This document shows, in pieces, positions 11,620 through 22,000 of a stretch of DNA of 64,000 nucleotides; position 1 is the first letter of the stretch, and the number at the start of each line of letters is the position of its first letter. The notes beneath the pieces were generated by a model that had not been told where the DNA came from, did no database searches, and saw nothing but the letters and a program-made list of their open reading frames with translations. The position numbers and the translations under genes are program-made. Origin of the DNA: Macrostomum lignano (taxonomy: Eukaryota). Location of the stretch: assembly GCA_002269645.1 (NCBI GenBank), contig NIVC01001874.1, positions 1-64,000 on the forward strand, in the 5' to 3' direction.

Positions 11620-12928
11620 TAGTTGGAAAATTTGCTGGTAAAAGCTGGGATTTGTAAAATGATCCAATAATTTCTTCTCCATTCTCATCCTCAATAATGT
11701 AAGTTATGGGATTTGAGTAAACTATTTTCTTTATCCTAAACACTTCTCAAATTTTCCAATAACCTCTTCGACCCTTTTCAAAGTGCTCCTTGTATCTATA
11801 GATATGAACTTTGTCACCTACTTTGAAGTTTGGTTTCTCATTTGAATACTCGAAGGAAAGCTTTGGTACTCGCTCAGGATGTTTAGATGCTTCTGAAGGA
11901 GTTATCAGAATCTCAGAATGGATTGTGTTGTTGTATTTTTCAACAACAGCTGGCAATGTGTGGAGCCACTTCTGATTACCCTGTAGATCGAATTCAAACC
12001 AGAGTTTATTTGTGAGAGTACGATTGAACCTCTCAATCATTGCATTCTTAGACTCACCATAAATTGAGAACATCTTGTTAATATACTCCCCATTTTCATC
12101 TTTCTTTCTTATGTCGTCTTTTGAAAACGAGTATAGCTTGTACATTTGCTGATTATAAAACTCCTTGCCTTCATCTACACAAAGTCTCTCTGATCGTCTT
12201 CCTGATTCCTTAAATACTTTTTGGAAAGCTTCTGCAACTTCCGCTCCCGTCTTTGTTTTTAAAGGAACTGCCCAGGCGTAACGTGTAAAACCATCTATGA
12301 TAGTGAGAGCATATTTGTAACCTCTTTCGGGTGGTAGGATAATGATATCTGCATGCCAAATTGTGTCTTTTGCATAGTGAATCATTTTTCTAAACAGTCT
12401 TGGTTTTCTATATTCCCTATGCAATTTTACTGCATCTTCATAGCTAAGACCCTTTCCGTATATAGTTAGACAGTCTATACAATTGTTGGGGTTGTGAGTA
12501 AGAATTCCTAATCCAAATCGAACTTTAGCCTTGATAATACGCTTTACTAGATTTCGAATGAGTCTCTCCTTTACCGACAAGTCACTAGTTGGAATAGCAT
12601 CTAAATCAGCTATCATTTTTTCATCAGCAATGTGCTTCTTTGCTAAGGCTTCCTCTGGAGTTGAAGACGTCTTTTCAGCATCTCTATAGTTTTTGTCATG
12701 ATAGTAAGCAGTCCAATCAATTGGATTAATTGGTAGACTATCATACCGAGGCCAGTCTGTAATTGGATTGAGTCTCTTGTCTAAATTTGTACCTGGGCCA
12801 GTGAAAGAATACCCTGGAATATGAAATTCGCCAGGATATTTTCCAGTGGCGAAGATGGGTGGTAGTTTTGTTATAGCTGACTGAATATCCAATGCAGAAC
12901 CTAGAAATAATGGTTTACTGAAGGCCAT
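11620..12928 (-). CDS. Parvovirus-type phospholipase A2 domain fused in frame to retroviral-type (rve) integrase; premature TGA at 11747-11749
   Basis: PGYSFTGPGT...DWTAYYHDKNY (PLA2 Ca-loop and HD motif), then WHAD..IDGFTRYAWAVPLK..VDEGKEF..IERFNRTL (D,D,E). The typical C-terminus EVFRIKK..PITYIIEDENGEEIIGSFY continues past the stop. Confidence 0.92.
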
Positions 12929-12961
12929 TTTTATAAAAATAAATTTAAGTAATCTACAGAC

Positions 12962-13125
12962 TTAGGCTGCGTTAACTGCTGTAGCAATAGAGCCTGCTGC
13001 TGCACCTGCCTGTTCTATGAAAGGTAGATTTGTCTTTTACTAAGTTGGATATGGTGCTTATAGTATCAAAAAAGACCTTCTCCATTATACTCTATTCGCC
13101 TATTGTATAGTCTCTTATCTTGCAT
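12962..13125 (-). pseudogene. Degraded paralogue of the GEG/amphipathic-helix ORF
   Basis: Allowing frameshifts it reads MQDKRLYNRRIEYNGEG-LFDTISTISNLVK..AGAAAGSIATAVNAA. Confidence 0.45.
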
Positions 13126-13486
13126 GATTCTGTAACGTGGTGCGCTTCGTGTCTTTTTAGAAAGGGGGGTGAACACAATAGACTAGCATGAGACGCTCCT
13201 ATTGGTTGCCAAAACCAAAACTTTTTTGGCAGAAATTTTGGTCGCAAGATTTGGCAGAAATTTTGGCAGCCAATAGCAATGTTCAGTGCTGCGGTTATGT
13301 ATAGTTAGTTTGGTGAGTTCCTGCAAGAGCCTGTTTGACCAGACGCTTCACTCAGTGTGGGTTTCGCACGACGTTAAAGTTGAGTCATAATATAAAAATT
13401 GGTTTCGGGAGAATTTCTCCTGCTATTTGTTGCATAATTACTAAATAAATTTTTGGTTAAGTAAAATTCAACTGAGGGTCGCGGAC

Positions 13487-13672
13487 TTAAAGTCCGATGA
13501 CTAGCAAGGACATTGACTTCCTCACTGAGGCCACATGGTGACCTGCGAAATTGTATGATGGTATATGAAGTTCTCCTGGGTATTTGCCAGTGGAGAAAAT
13601 CGGAGGCAGTTTTGTTATAGCTGACCGAATGTCTAAAGCAGTTCCTAGAAATAGTGGTTTATTGAAGGCCAT
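13487..13672 (-). pseudogene. Truncated diverged duplicate of the PLA2-integrase 5' end
   Basis: MAFNKPLFLGTALDIRSAITKLPPIFSTGKYPGELHIPSY versus MAFSKPLFLGSALDIQSAITKLPPIFATGKYPGEFHIPGY at 12928. Confidence 0.9.
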
Positions 13673-13935
13673 TTTATGACGAAAAAAGTAAGCAAAATCA
13701 AATTTGATGACAGTTTCAAATTGTTTACACCTGAAATGGCATTGAGATGAACCAACGATTCCAAAATAACTATTTGGTTTTAGTGCTAGAATTGTGTAAA
13801 TGGCACTTTTTCAAAATTATTAAAAAACAAATCACTAAAATCACTGTCTTAAGACCATTTTCACATGTTTTTAGTCATTTTTCAGTGAATTTCATGGTAT
13901 GCTCTGCGCTTAAACCTACTTTTCCTATACTACTT

Positions 13936-14301
13936 TTATTCATCAATAGAAGCGCTTCCCATTTCGCTAGTGGCTGCTTCAATCGTGTCGTTCTCTTCTT
14001 CATCAAGCATGCTGTCATCCTCTCCTTCAAAGTGCAGTACGATGTCGAGTTCGAGGCGGCATGCGAAATTCTCATCTTCTGATGCTCTTTGTTCAATTGC
14101 CTTCTTGAACGTCAGAAGGGTCTCAAAGCAATATCCAGAAATTACCAGACTCGGGTACTTTGTTGTTAGCTTGTAGAATGTAAATAGTCGCTGGGCAAAC
14201 TTCACATCTATATCTAGCTTTCTCGCAACTCCTTCAATGCTCAGTCCGAGTTTTTCTTGCAACGCAGCAATTACTTCTGCTTAAGATTTTTAGTTTACCA
14301 T
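13936..14301 (-). pseudogene. Hypothetical Polinton protein with acidic tail; two in-frame TAA near the start
   Basis: ATG at 14301 is in frame with ORF 13936-14262 and reads MVN*KS*AEVIAALQEK. Confidence 0.45.
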
Positions 14302-14488
14302 TTCTATCCTAATAATATAAGGTGGGGGTGGAGAAAAAAAAGTCAGTTGGTTTGCTGACACCAATGAGGTAGGGCAGTTTTAACTTAGAATTTTTGCCAG
14401 TGTTGCGTTTGCATAAATATTTCTAGAAAAAATATGCAGACAAATCACAACCAATTTCAAAGCACTTGAAAAGAAACTACAGAGTACA

Positions 14489-15698
14489 ATGAAGAATATA
14501 AATTCAATACAAGGAGCCAACAAGCTCAAACAGGTAACTACTTTGTTCAAAGAGAGGTTTACTAACAATGAAATTGAATTCGATATGAAATGGAATTTGC
14601 TAGGGTTTAACGATGGAGTATATGATCTCGCTACAGGTGAGTTTCGCGAGTATAGATATGGCGATTACGTTACTAAATCGGTGGGATATAATTACTCGGA
14701 TGTATTTGAAGTGAGTGATTACGACTATGGCTTCATTGTTAATCTGCATAACCAAATTCATCCCGATCCAGAAAACAGAAAGAGTTGGGAATCCGTTATA
14801 GCCACAGCTCTAATGGGTAAGAATGTTGAAAACTTTATAATGTTTGATGGCGCCGGTGGAAATGGCAAGGGGATTGAGGACAACCTACTTCTTAGAACTC
14901 TAGGATCTGATTATGCAGCACCACTGAGTCCTGATGTTTTGAATTCACCAATAAGAATAGACAGGCCACAACCAGCCCTAGCACAAATTAATAAAAAGAG
15001 GTTGGTTATCAGTCAAGAAGTAAGTGGTGTATTGAACAATGCATCAATAAAATTACTAACTGGTGGAGGAGTTATTCAAGCTAGAACTTTATATTCAAGC
15101 AAGTGTAATGTTGTTTTACACGCAACCCTAATAGTCGAATGTAATAAAAAGCCTGACTTTAGACAAAATATTGGAGATGCAGAAAAAAGACGAATTATAA
15201 ATATTAATTACCCATGTAAATATACAACAGATACCGACATCATTGATCATGAGAAACACATTTATAAAGCCGATTCATATCTTAAAACCGAGGAATTTAA
15301 GAATAAATATAAGTTTGCTGAGATGAAACACCTACTAGAAATTATCAAACAAACAGGGGGTGAAATATATCTATCTCAAAATGTTATTGAAAACACTAAG
15401 GAATTCATACAGAATAGCAATTGGTTTGCTCACTTCTTTGAAGAGAATTATGAATTTTTAGAAACTGAGGAAAAAAACATTTATGCTTATTAGAGAAATT
15501 TACACTGCCGCAACAGAGAGTGAATACTATAGGACTCTAGCCCAACGCGAGAAACGTGAATTCCAACAACAATACATAACAGATTTCTTCAAGAATCACA
15601 ATGACTATTGTAAGTATTATAAGGATAGATATAGGCGTAGGATAGATGGTAAACAGCAAGAAACTAGAAATGTTCTGTTTTACTGTGTGAAAAAATAA
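14489..15698 (+). pseudogene. D5-like SF3 helicase (primase-helicase C-terminal part), 5'-truncated, frameshift near 15490
   Basis: LLGFNDGVYDL, Walker A GAGGNGKG, KRLVISQE, IKLLTGG..IQARTLY, CNKKP, RRI. Confidence 0.9.
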
Positions 15699-15710
15699 AC
15701 GAAGATGTTA

Positions 15711-16367
15711 TCAATGCGATTGAATTGGCTGATGAGGGATGGATCTTATAGGATCCAAATAATATCTTTTATCATCTAAAGGACTCATTGTTTGTTTCAT
15801 AAAATCACGAATATATATTTTATTTTTTTCAGATACAGTCATGCTTACTCTACCTCTTTGAATATCTTTGTAATCTGTCAATAGTATGTTTTTAAATGTT
15901 TCAAACTTTATATTTGTACTGCTTTTATCAACTCCCTTGATCTTAACACGCTCCCCTGAAACTGTAGTGAAAGCATACTCCTTTGACCGCAGGAATACAG
16001 CCTCGGAAATTATTGAGCCATTCATTTCATCTTTCAACTTTCCAATGACTTTCTTGTTCGTCTCGGAGTATAGTGGATGCTCTGTTGGATAATCCGATGT
16101 GTCTAAGTGTTCTTTAATTTTTTCAAGATCCTCATAAACATCCTGAGTAATCACTGAGAATATCAGAGAATCACAATCAGAATAGTGCAACTGACAGCTG
16201 TTCCAATTCTTCTCAATAACATTGTAATAGCAATCGTACATTAGCATTTTTGCATAATCCAGAATAGCCATTCCTAAATAAATTGGCTTGTCACACGCAA
16301 TTGTCTTTTTGTACATTTGGATACCAACTGCATCCTCACTAAACATAATGAAATCTTTGAAATTTGG
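15711..16367 (-). pseudogene. polB: C-terminal fragment of a second, divergent Polinton pPolB
   Basis: KPIYLGMAILDYAKMLMY, YSDCDS, IGKLKDE, FLRSKEY, KIKGV, SPLDDKRY parallel the 3107-4156 ORF but differ in sequence. Confidence 0.9.
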
Positions 16368-17028
16368 TACACCGTCCTCAATTCTGAGCAACTCGTAGTA
16401 ACCTAAGAGGTTCCTACAGTCGTGGGTCAACTCTAGTCGTTCTTGAAATGTCGGTTTAGGCGAGTCATTCTCAATTAAATTTCTAACAAAGCCTACCGCC
16501 GGATCGGCTAGCTGTGCTGCGATCAATTGGTCACGGCGAACTGGGCTACGGAGATAGTCACTGAGCAGGGAATTGCATGCAGGCGGATTTCCGGTTTTAG
16601 GCTCCTGTCCCTGTCTATTGTCTAGCCTACTGCTACTAAAGATCGGAGTATTGTGTCGGTTCGTGACAGTGTCTTGTGACGAACAGCATGACGGAAATCC
16701 ACTGCTCGAGCTACAGGTTTCAGCGAACGCGGAATTGCCTGAGCTGACAGTAAAAGCTGATGCTGGGTCTGTATTCACAGTTGCCCTACAGCTTAGCGAC
16801 CTGGCATGTGGGGACATCTCTTCCGGTTGGGGATCAGGGATCCTGGATAGAGCGTCAGCATTCACATGTTTAGGGCCACTCCTATGTTCTATCTCAAAAT
16901 CAAACTCGGAAAGTCTTTCGATCCAACGACCTAAAATGCCTGTCTGTTCGGTTTGGCGAAGCAACCAGGTTAGGGCATTGTGATCAGTGCGCACCTTAAA
17001 ATGTTTTCTTACGAGGTAAAATCTAAAG
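16368..17028 (-). mobile_element. Ty3/Gypsy LTR retrotransposon pol fragment (RNase H end and linker)
   Basis: FRFYLVRKHFKVRTDHNALTWL...RWIERLSEFDFEIEHRSGPKHVNADALSR; Q..DP and L.IEDGV linker motifs. Confidence 0.9.
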
Positions 17029-17480
17029 TACGAGGGTCAGTCAAAAAGTAATGATAATATTATTGTCACGAGCTTCAAGCTTCACGCACAAATCTACTTT
17101 TCTACATAATCCCCCCTCCAGGGTCAGACACTTCTCCATGTGGTGTCGCCATCTCTCCAGGCCATTCGTGTAGAAGGTAGGAGGCTGCGCAGCAAGCCAC
17201 TGTACGGTAGCCTTCTTGGCAGCCTCCTTGCTGTCATGTCGAACTCCCTTGATCGCCTCCTTCAGCTTTGGAAACAAAAAAAGTCTGAAGGAGCCAAATC
17301 AGGGCTGTACGGAGGACGCTGAAGTATTTCCCAGCGGAAATCTCGCAGAGCCTCCCGGCACAGTCAAGAAGTGTGAGCTGGTGCATTGTCGTGGTGGAAA
17401 AGCACTCCACGGTGCAGCTTGCCAGGACCTGCGGTCTATATGGAAAGTTTACAATACTTCCGATGCTGTTCGCATAGCCG
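17029..17480 (-). mobile_element. Mariner transposon 3' part with TIR and TA target
   Basis: TA-CGAGGGTCAGTCAAAAAG terminus at 17029; LFHHDNAPAH, PPYSPDLAPSDF, FPKLKE..W motifs. Confidence 0.9.
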
Positions 17481-17964
17481 GCGGTATGGCAAAGACTTCG
17501 GATCCGAGATACAACAGCACGAATAATCCTATGGAGGTGTCTCTTTCAGTTGACTCCAAGGGATCAATATATCGAAGCAATGAAGTTCCGACTGTTAGTG
17601 AACGGGCGTGTAACTATATGGGAATAAGCGACCTTCAAAACGTACGCCTGCAAGAGTGAGTTGCATTGTATCTATCTATGTATTGTATGGACAGACAGTA
17701 TACAATATTATTATATGTACAATAGACATAATAGTATAGAAAATGTGAATTGTATAGGCAATTATGTAGCACTGTAGTGTATGTTCGGCTTTTATAAATT
17801 ATTTTGGCTAGATTACATTCTATGCCTTCATCCCTTGATGTTGGCTAGACTAGCAGTCCATTATATTCATTCGTCTATTGATGTAGGTAGGATTCAAATG
17901 AACTTCAAAAAGCGTTTTGAGGTTTTAAAAGACTTTTCAAACTGTCCCCTCTTCATTGCCTTTT

Positions 17965-18170
17965 ATTAGAAATTTCGATTTCCTTGGAGCAATCGACACA
18001 CTGCAGCCGCCTGAGGAAGTCATGACGAAGGCTGGGAAGCGGATAAACGTAGCCAAAGTGATTATTTTTGACCAGTCCTGTCGTTCTGTCTCCTGCACGT
18101 TTTGGGGGTCTTCCTCCGATCAAGCTGTCAATTGGAGTGTCGGCGACATTTTGTTCTTAAAAAGCTGTGA
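17965..18170 (+). CDS. Isolated OB-fold exon-like segment (RPA1/MEIOB-like)
   Basis: FLGAI..L.PPEEVMTKAGKRINVAKVIIFDQS..SVSCTFWG pattern, preceded by a TTTTATTAG acceptor-like site. Confidence 0.55.
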
Positions 18171-18859
18171 CCCTGGAATCTACCATGCTCGCCAATCTTA
18201 GCATCATTTTACTGTGTCTGACATTTCTGACATTCTGACATGTTAATGTGTCAGACAGACACAAAAGAAATTGAATGTAATATTAATTAACATTTAGATA
18301 AATTCGAATTCCAGCCACAGCCAACAGATCGACCATTTATTATAAGCGTTACAACTAACCCAACATCTAATAATCATGGATAGCTAACTGGCGGCAACTT
18401 GACCAATTGGAACAAGTGAGTATATGCCTGTTTATAATAACAATTATAAAGAATCCATACTACCAAAAGAATCCAAAAGAATAATAACATACTACTAAAC
18501 ATCACGTTAATTTAAACCGCAACTCGAACAGCAGTATTTCAACACTCCCTGATTTAAGCTTGGGTGCTTTAATTCGGCTTTTTTATATAATTCATTTAGT
18601 TTACTTATTAATGGTCATCCGCGGAGTTTTTAGAAGTCTGCCTAACTTCTTTATTTTATCTATATACTTTATAGCGGCGTTAAGACTATTAATTTGTTGA
18701 TCCCTAGCCTAATTTTTGTGCGTTAAGAATAGCATTTGACGGCTAATCCTATATGCTTCAGCAATACTGTTTGGCATCTAATCCCATATACTTTTGGACT
18801 GATAAACTATAACACATTGTTCTACCATAGATATTTTATTTATTAAATCACAACTTAAG

Positions 18860-19240
18860 CAACAGTGTCAGTAGCAGCAGTGTTGACTGGTGATATGACC
18901 CCGATTGACTCTGGTGATGTGACCCCGTTGACTGGTGATGTGACCAAGCTGACTAGTGATGTGACCTGGGTGACTGGTGATGTGACCAACGCGACTGGTG
19001 ATGTGACCTGGTTGACTGGTGATGTGACCGTGTTGACTGGTGTTGTGACCGTGTTGACTAGTGATGTGACCATGTTGACTAGTGATGTGACCTGGTTGAC
19101 TGGTGATGTGACTCCGATCGAGTGGTGATGTTACCCGATTGGATGGTGTTGTGATCGCGAAGATTGGTGATGTGATCAAATGACTGCTGGTGTGACATAG
19201 TTGACTGGCGATGTGATCATGTTGACTGGTGATAGGACCT
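18860..19240 (+). repeat. 21-bp minisatellite (GTTGACTGGTGATGTGACCNT)n
   Basis: Directly visible tandem units; reverse complement of the 25370-26230 array. Confidence 0.95.
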
Positions 19241-19405
19241 TTTATCTCACCATGTTGTAGTTATATAGATTTAATATGTCTTTTTAACAATGTTGTTATA
19301 TAATTAATATTATACAGACCAACTACGGATGCGACCTGATGTAGAGCCCGGTCTGATGTTGTCAGTTTAACACGCGACAGAACGAGCGCCGCTCCAGAAA
19401 CTCGA

Positions 19406-19864
19406 CTACTCTAGAATATTGTCTGAATCACGCAGTGACTCGGCCGGGCTACATCGACTAATTGGATTGATTAAGCCAGTGTCGTCGCCGGACGAGTGCT
19501 GTTCCGCGATAAACCGGTTATATAAAAATTCAATCTCTTCTAGTTCGTCGATCATCTGTTCGTCGGCGTCCCCGTCGAGATTGTCGAGCATCGGATCATC
19601 TGCGTCGGCGGCTGCGTCAATTTCCTCGTTGGTCACTGAACAACAGTCGACATTCGAGTGCATTTGACTACACGTATAATACGTTGTGTTGCCATCTGCA
19701 GACTCGTCGATACAGTCGTATAATTCATCACTGTTGTCTAATATGACAGTGTCACTGTCAGACAATACATTGTCGACACCGTCAGCATGGTCAACAGTCA
19801 TTTGTAGCGGGCAGGTCGACTCGGACTCGTCCAGGTGGTCACATCTCGGCTCATAGTGGTCCAT
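19406..19864 (-). CDS. Acidic Asp/Cys-rich orphan ORF
   Basis: 152-aa ATG-started GC-richer ORF in AT-rich flanks; no known motif. Confidence 0.45.
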   Translation of the reverse strand: MDHYEPRCDHLDESESTCPLQMTVDHADGVDNVLSDSDTVILDNSDELYDCIDESADGNTTYYTCSQMHSNVDCCSVTNEEIDAAADADDPMLDNLDGDADEQMIDELEEIEFLYNRFIAEQHSSGDDTGLINPISRCSPAESLRDSDNILE

Positions 19865-20890
19865 TATGATGTTTTGGAGTGAGTTAGTTAATAAAAAAAG
19901 CTGTTAAATTTGACTGACAATACAACAAACAGTTAGACTGAATTATTATTTAATTATTACGAGATACCAAATCTATAGCAGAGTGAGTTTCTTTATAGGA
20001 CAGAATGATAAGCAGCAGATGCGAACAAATTATAGTTTATGTCATCATTAATCTATAATTCTAATATTTACGAACTTTACTGAGTACAGAATAGTTGTAC
20101 TTATGCATTTGTACTTATGGTTGTCTAAAATATGCACAATCTGCACAATTATCAGAATTTATTGTTACCGATTCTCTTGTGTCTGCATGTACACAAGCAC
20201 TCAACATACTCGTATCACGTTACCATCCATCCGTAATCCATATTATATATGGTCTCGCATAATCACTTTCAATATGCTGCACTTTCAATCAGTCGCAGTG
20301 GCGTTAGCATTGGCAATCCCATTCTCATTCATCTTTTTAATCTTCATTTTCCTCCTAGTAGGTAATCTCATTCTCAAATAGGACACTCGTCATCGTGTAC
20401 ACTCTATATACTATATACTACTAGCAGTCTCTCGCACATACGCTCAATCACATACCATGGCATAAATTTTGCAATTCTATCGTCTATCACCATATTGTAC
20501 CTCACCTCATTTATACAGTTAATTGATTTAACGATCGACATGTCACACGTTCATTGGTTATAATTTTAGCATAATACAGTTGGAGAACGGATTATTCTAA
20601 TGTACAGTGATGTATTTGTGGAAACAAACATATTGTATTCAAAACGCAACTCATATTTACATATGTAATGCATAAACAACGTAAATAATATCAATCAAAG
20701 TCTAGTGTTAAATTAATAACAATATAATGAACTTATCAGATAATTAAGTTCACTTATTATTTTCTAACTAGTTTATTAGTCAGCCAAACAATCAATCAAT
20801 CAATCAATCAATCAACCAGATTCACGGCCTGGTCAGGACTACAACACGCGCGCGCGATTGTACTGACTCGAGCGACCACCGTCCATCTAC

Positions 20891-21776
20891 CTAGTCAGTG
20901 GATCGACGAGAACGCCATCTACGGTACAGTCGAGTCCAGGTGCGATTGCGACAAGGTCGACACATGTCCATCTGGCAGGCGACTGACTGCCGATCAACGG
21001 CAAAGCTGGACTCCTCTAGCAGATTGCCATCGGAGTCGTACAGCGACACGGACGGGTGGACTTGACCAATTGGGCTAGCCAACGCTTCGTCCGGTGGTGC
21101 ACATTGATCGATGGCGCTCAGATGGAATGTCGCCTCGACCTCTTCGCATGCGGCAACAAGCTCCGCATCTGACATGTACATGTCACCAGAGGCGGCAGCA
21201 TTTGCACCGTCAGTAGTCGCATCAGTTGGCGGCTGTTCGATGTTGTGATTGGCGGCATCGTCGTTGCTGCACATAGAAGCATAATAAGCTGCTTCTAGTG
21301 CGTCGCATTCTGCCAGCGTCTCTGGGTCGATCAGGGTGTCGATATCGGCATCAAGATCGACGACCATGTTATCCTGGCGTTCTTGGCTGATGCACGAATG
21401 ACGCCGCTTACGCAAGTTAGACGGCATCGATATCGCAGCAATGTCGGTCACAATCGCGTTCGCTGTGTACAAATCGCCATCTAACCAGCGCATCGCTTCG
21501 TCGAGCTGGTCAGCCCAATCGACGCCTGCCGAATGTAGCGCTGACACTGCGCGTCTGGTCTCTGCATACGATGCAGACGCATTCATCAATGGTTGCTGCG
21601 TTGTGTTGTTGTTCGACCGATACACACGCAGCGACCAACTCCGCGTCTGAGACGTCGTCTGCCCAAGCGAGATGATCATCGGCGGTGTTCAGCCGACAAC
21701 GATGCGACTCGTGTAGATGTTGTTGCTGTTGCTGCTGCTGTTGCTGTTGTTGTACTTTTCCGTTGTCACCGGACAT
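20891..21776 (-). CDS. Acidic orphan ORF with polyQ and internal SDAELVAAC repeat; probable frameshift near 21510-21600
   Basis: ORFs 21510-21827 and 20891-21679 overlap and each contains SDAELVAAC..VE. Confidence 0.45.
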
Positions 21777-22000
21777 GATTGACTGATTGATTGATTGATT
21801 GATTATAATAATATCTAAACCATACAACAGTTGATTTTAACAAAGCTGGTATGCTGTGATTATATTAACCGAGTCAGACTCGTCGCATTATAAAACATTG
21901 CCTCGTTTAAGCGTAACCTGTTCTCTATAACAGTTGTCTATGGTAAATAATGTTCTGTTCTTTGTTAGTTCGTCTACTTTCTAAATTCTAAACTAATGTT

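Larger units (their letters stand above)
1..15698. mobile_element. Polinton/Maverick (adintovirus-like) endogenous DNA virus, near-complete, decayed; termini not identified
   Basis: Densely packed AT-rich cluster containing pPolB, adenain protease, penton, A32/FtsK-like ATPase, major capsid protein and rve integrase. No TIR recognised in the window. Confidence 0.95.

Noticed and set aside
13130-13480. Possible Polinton terminal inverted repeat
   Set aside because: No match to the window start and no recognisable terminal motif; Polinton genes continue beyond it.
1-15698. Bacteriophage or prokaryotic contamination
   Set aside because: The gene set is that of eukaryotic Polintons and it is contiguous with eukaryotic TEs and intron-containing genes.
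18855-19179. VTSPV/GDVT repeat ORFs (also 25307-26279) as mucin-like proteins
   Set aside because: The 21-bp unit is open in several frames on both strands and its variants are not synonymous-biased; best explained as a minisatellite.
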